Shown: positions 19,082 through 29,862, counted from the first letter of the stretch. The stretch is DNA of 64,000 bases from an uncultured Oscillospiraceae bacterium (GCA_900549825.1 URQB01000003.1:46117-110116), one strand, 5' to 3'. Numbers and translations are program-made. The notes: generated by a model not told the origin, from the letters alone.

Positions 19082-20395
19082 CTATTTTATATTTTTCTGT
19101 GGCACTGCAAAAATAAATACCAGTGAACTGATCAACAGCATACCCGGATAGAATAGTTTTGGAATAATTTCAAAGGCTGACACTTCAAATCCCAACTCAC
19201 GGGCTGCAGAGATTGCCACCAGCATCTGCGCACCATAAGGAATGACTCCCTGGAAAATACAGGAGAATGTATCCAGCAGGGATGCTGCCTTCCGAGAAGT
19301 AACGCCATATTCTTCTGACATCTCTTTTGCAATCGGATTCGCCATAACGATGGCTACTGTGTTGTTCGCTGTGGCAATATCCATGGCGCCAACCAAAAGC
19401 CCCATGCCAAGCTGACCACCTTTTTTTCCCTTGAATACCTTACGGATGACAGACAAGAGTGCCTCAAATCCACCGTATTCACGAATCAGAGCACACATAG
19501 CGGCCACCAGAATGGCTACCATACAAGTTTCAAACATTCCGGCAGCACCGGAGCCCATATTGGCAAGCATATCCGTCGGTGCAGTCTGGCCGGTCACAAG
19601 CATAATGAATGCTCCTGATACAATACCTATCAGCAGAACCACGAATACATTGATCCCGATCATTCCACCCGCCAACACCAGGACATACGGAATAATCTGT
19701 ATCAAGTTATAATCCTGTGCGACTGTTCCGTTTAATTCCGTTCGGAAAGAAAGTACCAGAATCAAAATCAACGTAACAAATGCCGCCGGGAAAGCAATTT
19801 TAAAGTTCTCCCTAAACTTATCCTTCATGGCGCATCCCTGTCCGTTGCAGGCTGCAATCGTCGTGTCTGAGATAAAGGAAAGGTTATCTCCAAACATGGC
19901 ACCTCCCATAACCGAACCAATACAAAGCGGAAGCCCGAATCCAGAAGCCTTTGCCACCGCAACGGCAATTGGCGTAATCAACGTGATCGTTCCTACAGAA
20001 GTTCCCATGGCCGTAGACACAAAACAGGCTACCACAAACAGTACTGCAACGGCAAATCGTGCCGGAATCATAGAAAGCATGAAGTAAGCAACACTCTCTG
20101 CACTGCTTCTTCCCACAACCCCTACAAATGCACCGGCGACCAGGAAGATTAACAACATCGTAATCATATTCTTATCTCCCACGCCCTGGCCCATCATCTC
20201 CAGTTTGTCATCAAACTTCACTTCACGATTCTGCAGACATGCTACTAAAATGGCCACAAGAAATGCAATGACAATCGGAATGTTATAAAATCCCATCGGA
20301 ATCTTCAGCATATACTCAAACAAAATACCAAGGCCCAGATACAATACGAAAAATACGCCAATGGGCAATAATGCAATTGGATTACTCTTTTTCAT
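19082..20395 (-). CDS. Na+/H+ antiporter, NhaC family
   Basis: 437 aa polytopic protein whose N-terminus (MKKSNPIALLPIGVFFVLYLGLG...) and overall pattern look like the NhaC family. Confidence 0.8.
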   Translation of the reverse strand: MKKSNPIALLPIGVFFVLYLGLGILFEYMLKIPMGFYNIPIVIAFLVAILVACLQNREVKFDDKLEMMGQGVGDKNMITMLLIFLVAGAFVGVVGRSSAESVAYFMLSMIPARFAVAVLFVVACFVSTAMGTSVGTITLITPIAVAVAKASGFGLPLCIGSVMGGAMFGDNLSFISDTTIAACNGQGCAMKDKFRENFKIAFPAAFVTLILILVLSFRTELNGTVAQDYNLIQIIPYVLVLAGGMIGINVFVVLLIGIVSGAFIMLVTGQTAPTDMLANMGSGAAGMFETCMVAILVAAMCALIREYGGFEALLSVIRKVFKGKKGGQLGMGLLVGAMDIATANNTVAIVMANPIAKEMSEEYGVTSRKAASLLDTFSCIFQGVIPYGAQMLVAISAARELGFEVSAFEIIPKLFYPGMLLISSLVFIFAVPQKNIK

Positions 20396-20525
20396 AAGAA
20401 ATTCCCCCAGCTTCTTTATGTTATCTCATATCAAAAACGCTCTTTCACTTTATCATGTACGCCAAAGGCGAGTCAAGGAAGAAAAAGTGCCCCGTTGCCG
20501 GAGCACTCCGATTTGTCGATATCTG

Positions 20526-21290
20526 TCAATTTTTTTCATACCTCGCCAGGAACGCCTTCGTCCTGTCGTTCTTCGGGTGGTTGATCACCTCGTCCGGCGT
20601 GCCTTCCTCTGCGATGATGCCGCCGTCCATGAAAACGATATAATCCGCCACATCGCGCGCAAACGCCATCTCATGCGTGACGATCACCATCGTCATATGC
20701 TCCGCCGCAAGGGAGCGGATCACCTTGAGAATTTCGCCTGTCAGCTCCGGGTCGAGGGCGCTAGTCGGCTCGTCGAAGAAGAGCACCTGTGGGTTGAGCG
20801 CCAGGGCGCGCGCGATGGAAACGCGCTGCTGCTGGCCGCCGGAGAGCTGGCAGGGATAGGCGTTTTCCTTATCGGCAAGCCCCATTTTGCCAAGCAGTGC
20901 GCGGGCGGTTGCCTGCGCCTGCTTTTTCTCCACACCGGCGATGACCTGCGCCTCCGTGATGTTTTTCAGCACGGAGAAATGCGGGAAGAGATTGAAATTC
21001 TGAAAGACAAGGCCGAATTTCGCCCGAATTTTCCGGACTGTCGCCTTATCGGCGTAGGCGGTTTTTCCGTGCTCGTCCGTATGAACCAGCACGGCATCCC
21101 CATAGCGAATTTCACCCTCGTCGACCGTCTCCAGCATGGTTGCGCAGCGCAGCAGCGTCGATTTGCCGGAACCGGAGGGCCCAATGATGGCGACGACCTG
21201 CCCCTTTTCCACGTGCAGGGAGATGTCTTTCAGGACCTCCAAGCCGCTGAAGCCTTTGCGCAGATGATGGATGGTGAGCAGCTCTTCCAT
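20526..21290 (-). CDS. Amino-acid ABC transporter ATP-binding protein
   Basis: Walker [10 protein letters not shown], signature [15 protein letters not shown], Walker [12 protein letters not shown]. 254 aa. Confidence 0.9.
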   Translation of the reverse strand: MEELLTIHHLRKGFSGLEVLKDISLHVEKGQVVAIIGPSGSGKSTLLRCATMLETVDEGEIRYGDAVLVHTDEHGKTAYADKATVRKIRAKFGLVFQNFNLFPHFSVLKNITEAQVIAGVEKKQAQATARALLGKMGLADKENAYPCQLSGGQQQRVSIARALALNPQVLFFDEPTSALDPELTGEILKVIRSLAAEHMTMVIVTHEMAFARDVADYIVFMDGGIIAEEGTPDEVINHPKNDRTKAFLARYEKN

Positions 21291-21302
21291 GGCAATCCCT
21301 CC

Positions 21303-21998
21303 TTATTTGTAATAATTAAGCGCTTTTTCAATGCGCTCCATAATAAACGCGACCGCGTAGTTTGCAATGTAATAGAACACGCCGGCGACGAAGAAGGGGA
21401 CCACGGAGGACTGCGAGGTTGCAAGCATCTTGGCCGCTGTGAACATCTCCACGACCGAAATGGAGAAGGCGAGGGATGTATCCTTGACAAGTGTAATGAT
21501 TTCGTTGGTGACAGCGGGAAGTATGTTCTTGACGACCTGGGGCAGGATGATGCGCAGGAAGGTCTGGCTCTTCGTAAAGCCCAGCACCTGTGCCGCTTCG
21601 TACTGGCCGACGGGCGTCGCCTCAATGCCGCCGCGGTAAATCTCTGCGAAATAGGCCGCGTAGTTGAGCACGAAGCCGATGATGGTTGCAATAAAGCGGT
21701 AATTGTCGGGCAGCGTCACATTCCATTCAAAGCTGACGATCAGGAAGCCCGGCGCGAAATACACCACCATCAGCTGCAGCATCAGCGGCGTGCCGCGCAT
21801 GACGCTGATGAAGAAGCGGGTCAGCCAGCTCAACGGCTTGATTTTGGACATGCGGCCAAAGGCGACCAGCAGGCCGAGAGGCATGCTCAGCACCAGTGTC
21901 AGGATAAAGATCGCCCCTGTGATCAGAAAGCCTTCGCCAAGCTGAGAAAAGATTGCCTGCATATTGACCTCGGCCGGCAATAGGACCGGAATCGGCAT
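21303..21998 (-). CDS. Amino-acid ABC transporter permease
   Basis: 231 aa His/Glu/Gln/Arg-type permease (...EAAQVLGFTKSQTFLRIILPQ...), preceded by AAGGAAGG. Confidence 0.85.
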   Translation of the reverse strand: MPIPVLLPAEVNMQAIFSQLGEGFLITGAIFILTLVLSMPLGLLVAFGRMSKIKPLSWLTRFFISVMRGTPLMLQLMVVYFAPGFLIVSFEWNVTLPDNYRFIATIIGFVLNYAAYFAEIYRGGIEATPVGQYEAAQVLGFTKSQTFLRIILPQVVKNILPAVTNEIITLVKDTSLAFSISVVEMFTAAKMLATSQSSVVPFFVAGVFYYIANYAVAFIMERIEKALNYYK

Positions 21999-22131
21999 CG
22001 AAAAACATCCTTCCTTGAAAACGGTGAACGCTGCGTTAGCAATGCTACTGGATTAGCATGATAATACAGTGTAGTATAACATAAAAAAAGGGCGGGAATC
22101 AACCGTTCCCGCCGATTTTCATTTTGATCCG

Positions 22132-22956
22132 TTAGGAATTGAAGACGGTAACGTCTTTTCCAAACCACTCGTTGGAAATTTTAGACAGCGTTCCGTCCTT
22201 CGCCATCGCGTCGATCTGAGCCTGAACCTTATCGCGCAGCTCGGTGTTCCCCTTGAGGAATCCGACTGCGTATTCTTCAGATGCCAGGGCTTCATCGAGC
22301 ACCTTGTAATTGCCGCCCTGCTTCGTGATATTGTACTGAGCAACGATCTCATCCATCAAAACAGCATCCACAGAGCCCATCTTCAGTTCGCTGAGCGCAT
22401 CCAGATTGGTGCTGGTCGTCAGCACCTTGCCGAGAGAAGCTTTGAAATCCGCTTTTGCATTCAATGCTTTTTCCGCGCTGGAATCCAGCTGGAGCGCCAG
22501 CTTCTTCCCCTTGAGGTCGTCGAGCTTGCTGATAGAGGAGCCCTTCAATACAACAATGACCTGGTTGTTTTTCATATAGGGTTTGCTCCAGGTATAGTCG
22601 TTTTCACGGCCGGTCATCGTAAAGCCATTCCAGATCAGATCGATGTTGCCGTTTTTCAGCTCCGCGTCTTTGGAGTTCCAGTCGATTGACTGGAGCTTGA
22701 GCTCCATATTCAGGCGCTTGGCGACTTCCTTCGCAAGATCCAGGTCGAAGCCTACGTAATTGCCGTTGTTATCTTTAAAGCCCATCGGGGGAAACTCAGC
22801 GTCGAAGCCGACGGTCAGTGTGCCGTTTTTGGCAGCGTTTGTTCCACTTTCCCCGGCGGCGCCCGGGTTGTCACCGTTTCCGGTGCAGGATGCGAGGCCC
22901 AGTGTCAAAATGACCATAACAGCCGCCAGTGCGAGGGTGATGATTCTCTTCTTCAT
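22132..22956 (-). CDS. Amino-acid ABC transporter substrate-binding lipoprotein
   Basis: ORF trimmed to MKKRIITLALAAVMVILTLGLASC (lipobox LASC) after GGAGGA. It has the family 3 SBP pattern (...GFDAEFPPMGF...DLIWNGFT...). Confidence 0.85.
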   Translation of the reverse strand: MKKRIITLALAAVMVILTLGLASCTGNGDNPGAAGESGTNAAKNGTLTVGFDAEFPPMGFKDNNGNYVGFDLDLAKEVAKRLNMELKLQSIDWNSKDAELKNGNIDLIWNGFTMTGRENDYTWSKPYMKNNQVIVVLKGSSISKLDDLKGKKLALQLDSSAEKALNAKADFKASLGKVLTTSTNLDALSELKMGSVDAVLMDEIVAQYNITKQGGNYKVLDEALASEEYAVGFLKGNTELRDKVQAQIDAMAKDGTLSKISNEWFGKDVTVFNS

Positions 22957-23129
22957 GTTGTTTCCTCCATTTTGTAATGCGTTCTTTTCCCACGGTATGT
23001 ACCGGCCGAAGGGCAATGGGAATTTTTATAGCGGTATTGTAGCATATTACCACGCTAAAGTAAAGGCTTTTTTGGGAGATTTTCAGGCCGCTTTTCAACC
23101 AGCAAAAACCATTTGCATGTGCTCTTGAA

Positions 23130-24332
23130 ATGATGTATACTAAAATATCATTATCCTGTGGTTTCCTGCCCTCGCAGGGCCGCAAAAAGGGAGGAACCCT
23201 TACGCAGGCTTATCTTGACAATAGCGCCACCACCCGCGTTTGCGAGGAGGCGGCGCAGGAGATGCTGTATACCCTCACAGAAGGCTATGGGAATCCGTCC
23301 TCCCTGCATGCAAAGGGCTTTGAGGCGGAAAAACTGCTGCAAAAAGCGCGTGCCCGTGTGGCAAAGCGCATCGGCTGCGAGCCGGAGGAGGTCTTTTTCA
23401 CCTCCGGCGGGACGGAGGCCAATAATCTGGCTCTCTTCGGCGTAGCGCAGTCCCTCTCCCGAAGGGGCCGCCGGATCGTCACCACAGCAATCGAGCACCC
23501 GAGCGTGGAAAAGCCCCTACAGGAGCTCGAAAAGCAGGGCTTTGAGGTGGTTTATCTGCCTGCCGGAGAAGATGGTAAGGTCCGTGAGAAAGACATCTTC
23601 GAGGCCGTCAGCAGCGATACCATTTTGGTCAGCATGATGGCGGTCAATAATGAAGTCGGATCTCTCCAACCGTTGGAGGCGGTGCGCCGGGCGATCAAAC
23701 GCGCGGGCGCGCCTGCGCTCTTCCACTGCGACTGTGTGCAGGGCTTCGGAAAGCTGGATGTAAAGCCTTCCGCGCTCGGAATTGATCTGATGACGGTGAG
23801 CGCGCATAAAATCCACGGGCCGAAGGGCGCCGGGGCGTTGTATGTCCGCCGCGGCGTACAGGTCAGGCCGCGGACCTTTGGCGGCGGGCAGGAGAAGGAT
23901 CTCCGCCCCGGGACGGAGGCCATGCCCGCCTTGGCGGGTTTCGGCGCGGCGGCAGAGGCGCTGCCGGACGTCCGTTCAGGGCTTGCGCATGCGGCGCAGC
24001 TGCGGGATTATTTGCTCGAACAGGTGAGCGGCATGCGCGGCGTAACGCTCAATTCTCCCCCGGACGCGTTGCCCTATATCGTCAATCTCTCCATGCCGGG
24101 CCTGCGCTCCGAGCCAATCCTCAATTTGCTCTCTGAAATGGGTGTGTATGTTTCGAGCGGATCTGCGTGCGCAAGGGGCCACAAAAGCCCTGTGCTCACA
24201 GCACTGGGCCTGCCGGATGTACGCATCGACAGCGCGCTGCGCATCAGCTTTTCCCGTTTTACGACGCCCCAGGAAATCGACGCGTTGGTGGCAGGGCTGC
24301 GGCGCGTGCAGCAGGTGCTCAGAAGCGTTTAA
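23130..24332 (+). CDS. Cysteine desulfurase (NifS/IscS class V aminotransferase)
   Basis: ...YLDNSATT..., ...SAHKIHGPKGAGALY..., ...SSGSACA... The start is uncertain: no canonical start follows the AGGGAGGA at 23189, so the ATG at 23130 is kept. The pairing with thiI resembles nifZ-thiI. Confidence 0.8.
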   Translation: MMYTKISLSCGFLPSQGRKKGGTLTQAYLDNSATTRVCEEAAQEMLYTLTEGYGNPSSLHAKGFEAEKLLQKARARVAKRIGCEPEEVFFTSGGTEANNLALFGVAQSLSRRGRRIVTTAIEHPSVEKPLQELEKQGFEVVYLPAGEDGKVREKDIFEAVSSDTILVSMMAVNNEVGSLQPLEAVRRAIKRAGAPALFHCDCVQGFGKLDVKPSALGIDLMTVSAHKIHGPKGAGALYVRRGVQVRPRTFGGGQEKDLRPGTEAMPALAGFGAAAEALPDVRSGLAHAAQLRDYLLEQVSGMRGVTLNSPPDALPYIVNLSMPGLRSEPILNLLSEMGVYVSSGSACARGHKSPVLTALGLPDVRIDSALRISFSRFTTPQEIDALVAGLRRVQQVLRSV

Positions 24333-24367
24333 ACAATAGAAAGCAAGAAAGCAGCAGGTTTTGTTTC

Positions 24368-25540
24368 ATGAAAGAAATTATTCTCATTAAGGACGGAGAG
24401 CTTGCCCTCAAGGGGCTCAACCGCTCCACGTTTGAAGATATTCTGGTCAAGAATATGCGCCGTCGACTTTCTTCCCTTGGCAAATTCGAGTTTTCAAAGA
24501 GCCAGTCCACCGTGATGATCGAGCCGCTCGAGGAGGGGATCGATCTTGACGAGGCGGTCGGCCGCCTTTCCCGCGTGTTTGGGATTGCGGGCTTCAGCCG
24601 CGCCGCGCAGGCGCCCAAGGACATGGATGAGATCCTGCGTATTGCGGGCGAATACCTTGCCCCGCAGCTGCTGGAGGCAGCCTCTTTCAAGGTGGAGGCA
24701 AAGCGCTCCGATAAGAAATTCCCGCTGAAATCCCCAGAGATCAGCGCGACATTGGGCGGTTATCTCGGCGAAAAATTCCCGCATTTGCGCGTTGACGTAC
24801 ACCATCCGGATGTGACCGTCACAGTGGAGGTGCGCGACCACTGGGCCTATATTCGCGGCAACCAGCAAAAAGGCGCGGGCGGCATGCCCGTCGGCTCAGG
24901 CGGCAGGGTGGCCCTGCTCGTCTCGGGCGGGATCGACAGCCCGGTTGCGGGCTGGATGATGGCCAAGCGCGGATTACAGCTGACGGCCGTGCATTTTGCT
25001 TCTCCCCCTTACACCAGCCAGCGCGCAGAGGAGAAGGTGCATGCGCTGCTGCGGAAGGTGGCGCGCTATGCCGGGCATATCTCCCTGTTCGTTGTGCCGT
25101 TTACGGAGATTCAGGAGCAGATCAAGGATCACTGCCCGGAGGATCTGTTCACGCTCATCATGCGCCGCGCGATGATGCTGCTCGCAGAGCGCATTGCACG
25201 CAAAGAGGAATGCGGCGCGCTGGTCACGGGGGAGAGCATCGGTCAGGTGGCAAGCCAGACGCTGCAGGCCATTGCCTGCACGGACGCGGTGGCCGAAATG
25301 CCGGTATTCCGGCCGCTCATTGCGATGGATAAGGATGAGATCGTCGCGATCTCCCGGAAGATCAATACCTTCGATATCTCGATTCAACCCTATGAGGATT
25401 GCTGCACGGTCTTTACGCCGAAGCACCCGAAGACCTGCCCACAGCTCGACGCTGTGGAGAAGGCGCAGGCGCTGATCCCGCTGGAGGAGCTCATGGAGCG
25501 GGCCCTGGCGGGCGTGAGGATCGTGCCGATCGACGCATAA
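24368..25540 (+). CDS. thiI: tRNA 4-thiouridine(8) synthase
   Basis: ORF 24167 trimmed to MKEIILIKDGELALKGLNR... It has a THUMP-type N-terminus and the PP-loop LLVSGGIDSPVA. Confidence 0.9.
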   Translation: MKEIILIKDGELALKGLNRSTFEDILVKNMRRRLSSLGKFEFSKSQSTVMIEPLEEGIDLDEAVGRLSRVFGIAGFSRAAQAPKDMDEILRIAGEYLAPQLLEAASFKVEAKRSDKKFPLKSPEISATLGGYLGEKFPHLRVDVHHPDVTVTVEVRDHWAYIRGNQQKGAGGMPVGSGGRVALLVSGGIDSPVAGWMMAKRGLQLTAVHFASPPYTSQRAEEKVHALLRKVARYAGHISLFVVPFTEIQEQIKDHCPEDLFTLIMRRAMMLLAERIARKEECGALVTGESIGQVASQTLQAIACTDAVAEMPVFRPLIAMDKDEIVAISRKINTFDISIQPYEDCCTVFTPKHPKTCPQLDAVEKAQALIPLEELMERALAGVRIVPIDA

Positions 25541-25577
25541 GTTTTTGATTGCTACATTTTCAAAAGGAAGTTTTGTT

Positions 25578-26822
25578 ATGAAAGCTGAGATCCTGTCCGT
25601 CGGGACCGAGCTCCTGCTCGGCGACATTGTGAATACGGATGCGCAGTTCCTCGCCGGGGAGCTGGCGCGGCTGGGCTTTACGGTGCTCTATCACAGCACG
25701 GTGGGCGACAATGAAGAGCGGCTTGCTTCTCTCCTGCAGACCGCCCTTTCCCGCAGCGATATCGTCCTGACGACCGGCGGCCTCGGCCCCACGGCGGACG
25801 ATCTGACCAAGGAGGTCTGCGCCAAGGCGCTTGGCCTGCCGCTCGTTGAGGACGAAGAGAGCATGCGGCGCATTGAGGCTTGTTTCCGTAACCGTGGCAG
25901 TGAAATGCCGGAAACAAACCGCAAGCAGGCGTATCTGCCGCAGGGATGCACCATATTCCGCAACAATCACGGCACAGCCCCGGGCTGCGCGATGGAAAAA
26001 GCCGGGAAGATCATTATTAATCTGCCCGGACCGCCGCGCGAGCTGAAATCCATGTTTCTGGAGCAGGTGTTACCCTACCTCTCCCGGTTTGCAGGCGGAG
26101 CGATCGTGTCGCATACGGTGCGCACCTTTGGCATCGGCGAGAGCGCCATGGCCGAGCGGGCGGCGCAGTTCCTGAAGCAGGAGAATCCGACCGTTGCGCC
26201 CTATGCGAAGGACGGCGAAGCGCTTCTGCGGGTGACGGCGAAGGCAGATTCCCCCGAGGAGGCGGACGCGCTGTGTAAACCCACTGTGGACGCGCTCTGT
26301 GCACTTTACGGCGATTTCGTTTACGGCGTGGATGTGGACAGCCTGCAGCAGGTGGTGGTACAGATGCTGCGCGAGCGGGGGATGAAGATCGGGCTTGCGG
26401 AGTCCTGCACGGCGGGACTGATTGCCAAGCGGATCACAGAAATCCCCGGCTCCTCTGAAGTGCTCGAATGCGGGATCGTATCCTATTCCAACCGAATTAA
26501 GGAGAAGATCCTCGGCGTTTCGCCGGAAACCATTGAGAAATACGGTGTCATCAGCGCCGAGACAGCCGCCGAGATGGCTGTGGGCGCATGGCGCGTCAGC
26601 GGCGCGGATATCGGCCTCGGTGTGACGGGGCTGGCGGGCCCGGACGGGGATGAGCGCGGCAATCCCGCAGGGCTTTCCTTTATCGCCCTGACGGATGGAA
26701 AGCATACGCTTGCGCGCACCGTCAATACCGGCCGCGGGGGAGATAACCGGGAATATAATCGATTTGTCACCTCATCGAACGCATTGGATCTGATTCGACT
26801 GTATTTATTGGATGAAAGATAG
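25578..26822 (+). CDS. cinA: Competence/damage-inducible protein CinA (MoCF-type plus nicotinamide-nucleotide amidase domains)
   Basis: MKAEILSVGTELLLGDIVNTDAQFLA...TTGGLGPTADDLTKE...ESCTAGLIA. Confidence 0.85.
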   Translation: MKAEILSVGTELLLGDIVNTDAQFLAGELARLGFTVLYHSTVGDNEERLASLLQTALSRSDIVLTTGGLGPTADDLTKEVCAKALGLPLVEDEESMRRIEACFRNRGSEMPETNRKQAYLPQGCTIFRNNHGTAPGCAMEKAGKIIINLPGPPRELKSMFLEQVLPYLSRFAGGAIVSHTVRTFGIGESAMAERAAQFLKQENPTVAPYAKDGEALLRVTAKADSPEEADALCKPTVDALCALYGDFVYGVDVDSLQQVVVQMLRERGMKIGLAESCTAGLIAKRITEIPGSSEVLECGIVSYSNRIKEKILGVSPETIEKYGVISAETAAEMAVGAWRVSGADIGLGVTGLAGPDGDERGNPAGLSFIALTDGKHTLARTVNTGRGGDNREYNRFVTSSNALDLIRLYLLDER

Positions 26823-26904
26823 CTCATGCTGTGTTACAGTGTGCAAAAGCATGGCTTTGCAACCATCTTTTTCGATCAAAAACTATCGAAAGGCGGAATA
26901 AACA

Positions 26905-27897
26905 ATGGCTCAGAATAAATCCGGCAGGAATTTTTTACATGCGATTTTTCCGTTTCCTGGGGATACTGCGCTGGAGTGGGTGCGTAAGATTGTGGCGATT
27001 TTGTCTGTCTGCGCGCTTCTCGCGAGCAGTGGGATGCTGGTTTTCCGCGCCGTACAGCCGGGAGAGCAGCAGGAGGAAAAGCCCGCGCAGACGCAGGCAG
27101 ATCCCGTCCTCTCCGCGCTGAAAACAAAATATCCCGCAGCCACGTCGCCCGAGGGGATGCAGGAAAAATACAAGCACCTCTATGCGGTCAATAACGACGT
27201 GGTGGGCTGGCTGACCATTCCGAATACGCGCACTGACACGCCGATTCTGCAGGCGACAAAGGCGCAGGGAGGGAATGATTACTACCTGCGCTATAATTAC
27301 TACCACGAGTTCACAAATTTTGGCGATCCCTTTATGGATTACCGCAATAACGATCAGGAGCTCTCCCGCAATACGATCCTCTATGGGCACAATCTGCAGG
27401 GCGATTCGCTCGATAACGGCATGTGCTTCACCGGTGTGATGGGCTACCATACGCTGGAGGGATACAAAAACGCGCCCGTGATTACCTTCAATACGCTTTA
27501 CAGGGATTACAAGTGGAAGGTGATCAGCGCCTTCCTTGCGACAACGAAGGCCAAGGACGACAATGGCTACGTTTTCAACTATATCTACCCGGATATGAAC
27601 GATGAAAAGTTCATGCAGTATATTGAGGAGGTGCGCGAACGCAGCCTGTTTACGACGGATGTCGACGTGCAGAAGGACGATAAGGTGCTTACGCTTTCCA
27701 CCTGTACCTATGAGCTCGGTACGAGCATCGACACCCGTTTTGTCGTGGTCGCACGTATGGTGCGCGACGGGGAGAGCGAGGAGGTCGACGTCTCCAAGGC
27801 CGCGCTCAACCCCAACCCGCATTACCCGCAGGCGTGGTACGACCGTCATGGGAAAACGAATCCGTACCGGGATGCGGAGCGCTGGTATCCGTTTTAA
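26905..27897 (+). CDS. Class B sortase, membrane anchored
   Basis: 330 aa with an N-terminal TM segment, ...VVGWLTIPNTRTDTPILQ..., NTILYGHNLQ (His), TLSTCTYE (Cys) and VVVARMVR (Arg). Confidence 0.8.
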   Translation: MAQNKSGRNFLHAIFPFPGDTALEWVRKIVAILSVCALLASSGMLVFRAVQPGEQQEEKPAQTQADPVLSALKTKYPAATSPEGMQEKYKHLYAVNNDVVGWLTIPNTRTDTPILQATKAQGGNDYYLRYNYYHEFTNFGDPFMDYRNNDQELSRNTILYGHNLQGDSLDNGMCFTGVMGYHTLEGYKNAPVITFNTLYRDYKWKVISAFLATTKAKDDNGYVFNYIYPDMNDEKFMQYIEEVRERSLFTTDVDVQKDDKVLTLSTCTYELGTSIDTRFVVVARMVRDGESEEVDVSKAALNPNPHYPQAWYDRHGKTNPYRDAERWYPF

Positions 27898-28135
27898 AGC
27901 GGAACCGGGATGAATCAATTCCTGGACAGGAGGTCTGCAGATGGAGTGCGGCGGGGATCAGGCAGCGCGTACGGATGGCGTGCTTCTGCAGGCGAACGCG
28001 CTGCTGGACGAGCTGGAAGAGGTACGCAGGAAATACGGCCTGGCAGAGGAGAGGAAGCTTCCGTCAGGCGATTCCCGTCAGAGCGGCGGGCAGGAAAAGA
28101 GAGCCGCCGCTGCCTCAAAGGAGGAAGGAGCTATT

Positions 28136-29644
28136 ATGACTGATCAGGATAAGCAAAAGGAAAGAGTACCGCAGGAGACGCAATCTCCTGCGGAGGATCA
28201 GCCAGTTTATTATGATGCAGATGGAAATCCGGTGACGCCGATCGTCTATTACGACGCACAGGGTCGGCCTGTGATCCCCGTCTTCGCAGCCCAGCCCGTT
28301 CAGACGCCGCCGGAGGAGCAGTATGAAACGCTGCCGGACGGGACGCGCGTGCGCGTCGTCTATCAGGAGCCGGAGAGCAAGCGGACAAGCGATGCCAAGC
28401 CGCCCGCTGCGCCGAAGCCGCAGGCATCTCCAGCCAAAGGGGACAAGCCGGCGCCGGATATGGAGCTGCATGCTTCCATGCGTGTCGTCTATGAAGCGCC
28501 GGACGCGCATCATGAAGCAAAACCGCCGGAGCAGGCGGCCGCCCCGCAAAACGTTCCGGCAGCCACACCTCCCTCCAAGCCACAGGAGGAGACGCCCCCC
28601 GCCCCAAGCGGTCTGGCCGACCTGTTTGCCGATGCGGAGGAGGGGCCTGCCTCCGGAAAAAGGAAGAAAAAGCAAAAAGAAAAGGGCCGGTTTGGCGACG
28701 GCTGGCTTCCCTGGCGGGGCGATACGGCGGCGGAGAAAGTACGCAGGACGGTCTTTTTGCTCGCCCTGGCGACGCTGCTCGTCTGCCTTCCGTTTTTGGG
28801 ATACCGCCTGTACGAGGGCTGGTATAACGACTATTTTACCAAGCAGCTGGCCGGACAGGTTCAGACCGGGCTAGACGAAAGCGCGTGGGAGGATATTCGC
28901 GCAAGGCATCCTGGGGTCAATTTCCCGGAAGGGATGAATCCCGCTTATGCGGACCTGTATGCCGCCAACCAGGAGATGATAGGCTGGCTGAAGATCGAAA
29001 ATACAAAGTACATCAATTTTCCGATCGTCCAGGCAAAGGACAACGAAAAATATCTGGGCCTCGATTTTTATAACCGGAAAACGAGTTATGGAAATCCCTT
29101 TCTGGATTTTCGAAATAATATAAAGGAGCTTGACCGCAATACGATTGTGTTCGGGCACCATATGCGCTCCGGCGATCAGGAATTCTCCGAATTGACGGAT
29201 TATCTGACCATCGATGGTTTTAAGCGGAATCCGGTCATCGATTTCAGCACCCTGTACGCCAATTACAAATGGAAGGTTTATGCGGTTTTTCTGACGAATT
29301 CCCAGGCGGAGCATGATAACGGCTATATCTTCAACTATATCTTCACCAATCTGGAAAGTGACGACAAATTTATGGAGTATATCTCTGAGATCGATCAGAG
29401 AAAGCTCTATTCCACAGGAATCGACATCAAGCCCACAGATAAGATCCTGACGCTTTCTACCTGCAATTACGACTGGGACGCGCAGCGTCTTGTGGTGGTC
29501 GCGCGGCTGGTGCGGGAGGGTGAGAATCCGTCGGTCGATACGAGCCTTGCAAAGAAAAATGGGAATCCGCGTTATCCGCAGATTTATTATGATAAAAAGG
29601 GCATCGCAAATCCATATCGGGATGCTGAAAAGTGGAAGCCCTGA
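28136..29644 (+). CDS. Class B sortase with long Pro/Ala/Lys-rich cytoplasmic N-terminal region
   Basis: ATG at 28136 follows AAGGAGGAAGGAG; the ORF track begins the frame at 27941. TM segment TVFLLALATLLVCLPFLGY, then MIGWLKIENTKYINFPIVQ, NTIVFGHHMR, TLSTCNYD and VVVARLVR. Confidence 0.75.
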   Translation: MTDQDKQKERVPQETQSPAEDQPVYYDADGNPVTPIVYYDAQGRPVIPVFAAQPVQTPPEEQYETLPDGTRVRVVYQEPESKRTSDAKPPAAPKPQASPAKGDKPAPDMELHASMRVVYEAPDAHHEAKPPEQAAAPQNVPAATPPSKPQEETPPAPSGLADLFADAEEGPASGKRKKKQKEKGRFGDGWLPWRGDTAAEKVRRTVFLLALATLLVCLPFLGYRLYEGWYNDYFTKQLAGQVQTGLDESAWEDIRARHPGVNFPEGMNPAYADLYAANQEMIGWLKIENTKYINFPIVQAKDNEKYLGLDFYNRKTSYGNPFLDFRNNIKELDRNTIVFGHHMRSGDQEFSELTDYLTIDGFKRNPVIDFSTLYANYKWKVYAVFLTNSQAEHDNGYIFNYIFTNLESDDKFMEYISEIDQRKLYSTGIDIKPTDKILTLSTCNYDWDAQRLVVVARLVREGENPSVDTSLAKKNGNPRYPQIYYDKKGIANPYRDAEKWKP

Positions 29645-29862
29645 CAGGCATTTGTGGCGGATCTGTGCTGCCTCATGGCAACTGGCAGTTTTTTACCTTA
29701 CGAAAGAGAGGTGGTCGGTTTGAAAGAAACGGATTTGGATTGCTTTCAAACGGGAATTTTGGCCTTTCGCGCTGAAGAGAATCGCGCGGACTCACAGAGC
29801 CTTGCGGGCCTGCGAAAACCGGACGAAGCATCCCGGTGTGTGCGAAAGGATGTGTTATTGGC

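Noticed and set aside
20361-21983. 540-aa ORF on the plus strand
   Set aside because: It is entirely antisense to the well-supported ABC ATPase and permease genes. Its Arg/His/Gly-rich low-complexity translation is typical of GC-rich antisense frames, and it has no RBS.
24167-24367. Upstream extension of thiI (ORF starts at 24167) overlapping the cysteine desulfurase gene
   Set aside because: The extension is out of character (Arg/Ala/Gly-rich) and overlaps the 3' end of the preceding gene by 166 nt. ThiI homology begins at MKEIILIKDGE (24368).
27941-28135. Upstream 65 codons of the second sortase ORF
   Set aside because: The ATG at 28136 has a much stronger RBS (AAGGAGGAAGGAG). The extension cannot be excluded (…LLQANALLDELEEVRRKYGL looks helical), so this is a soft rejection.
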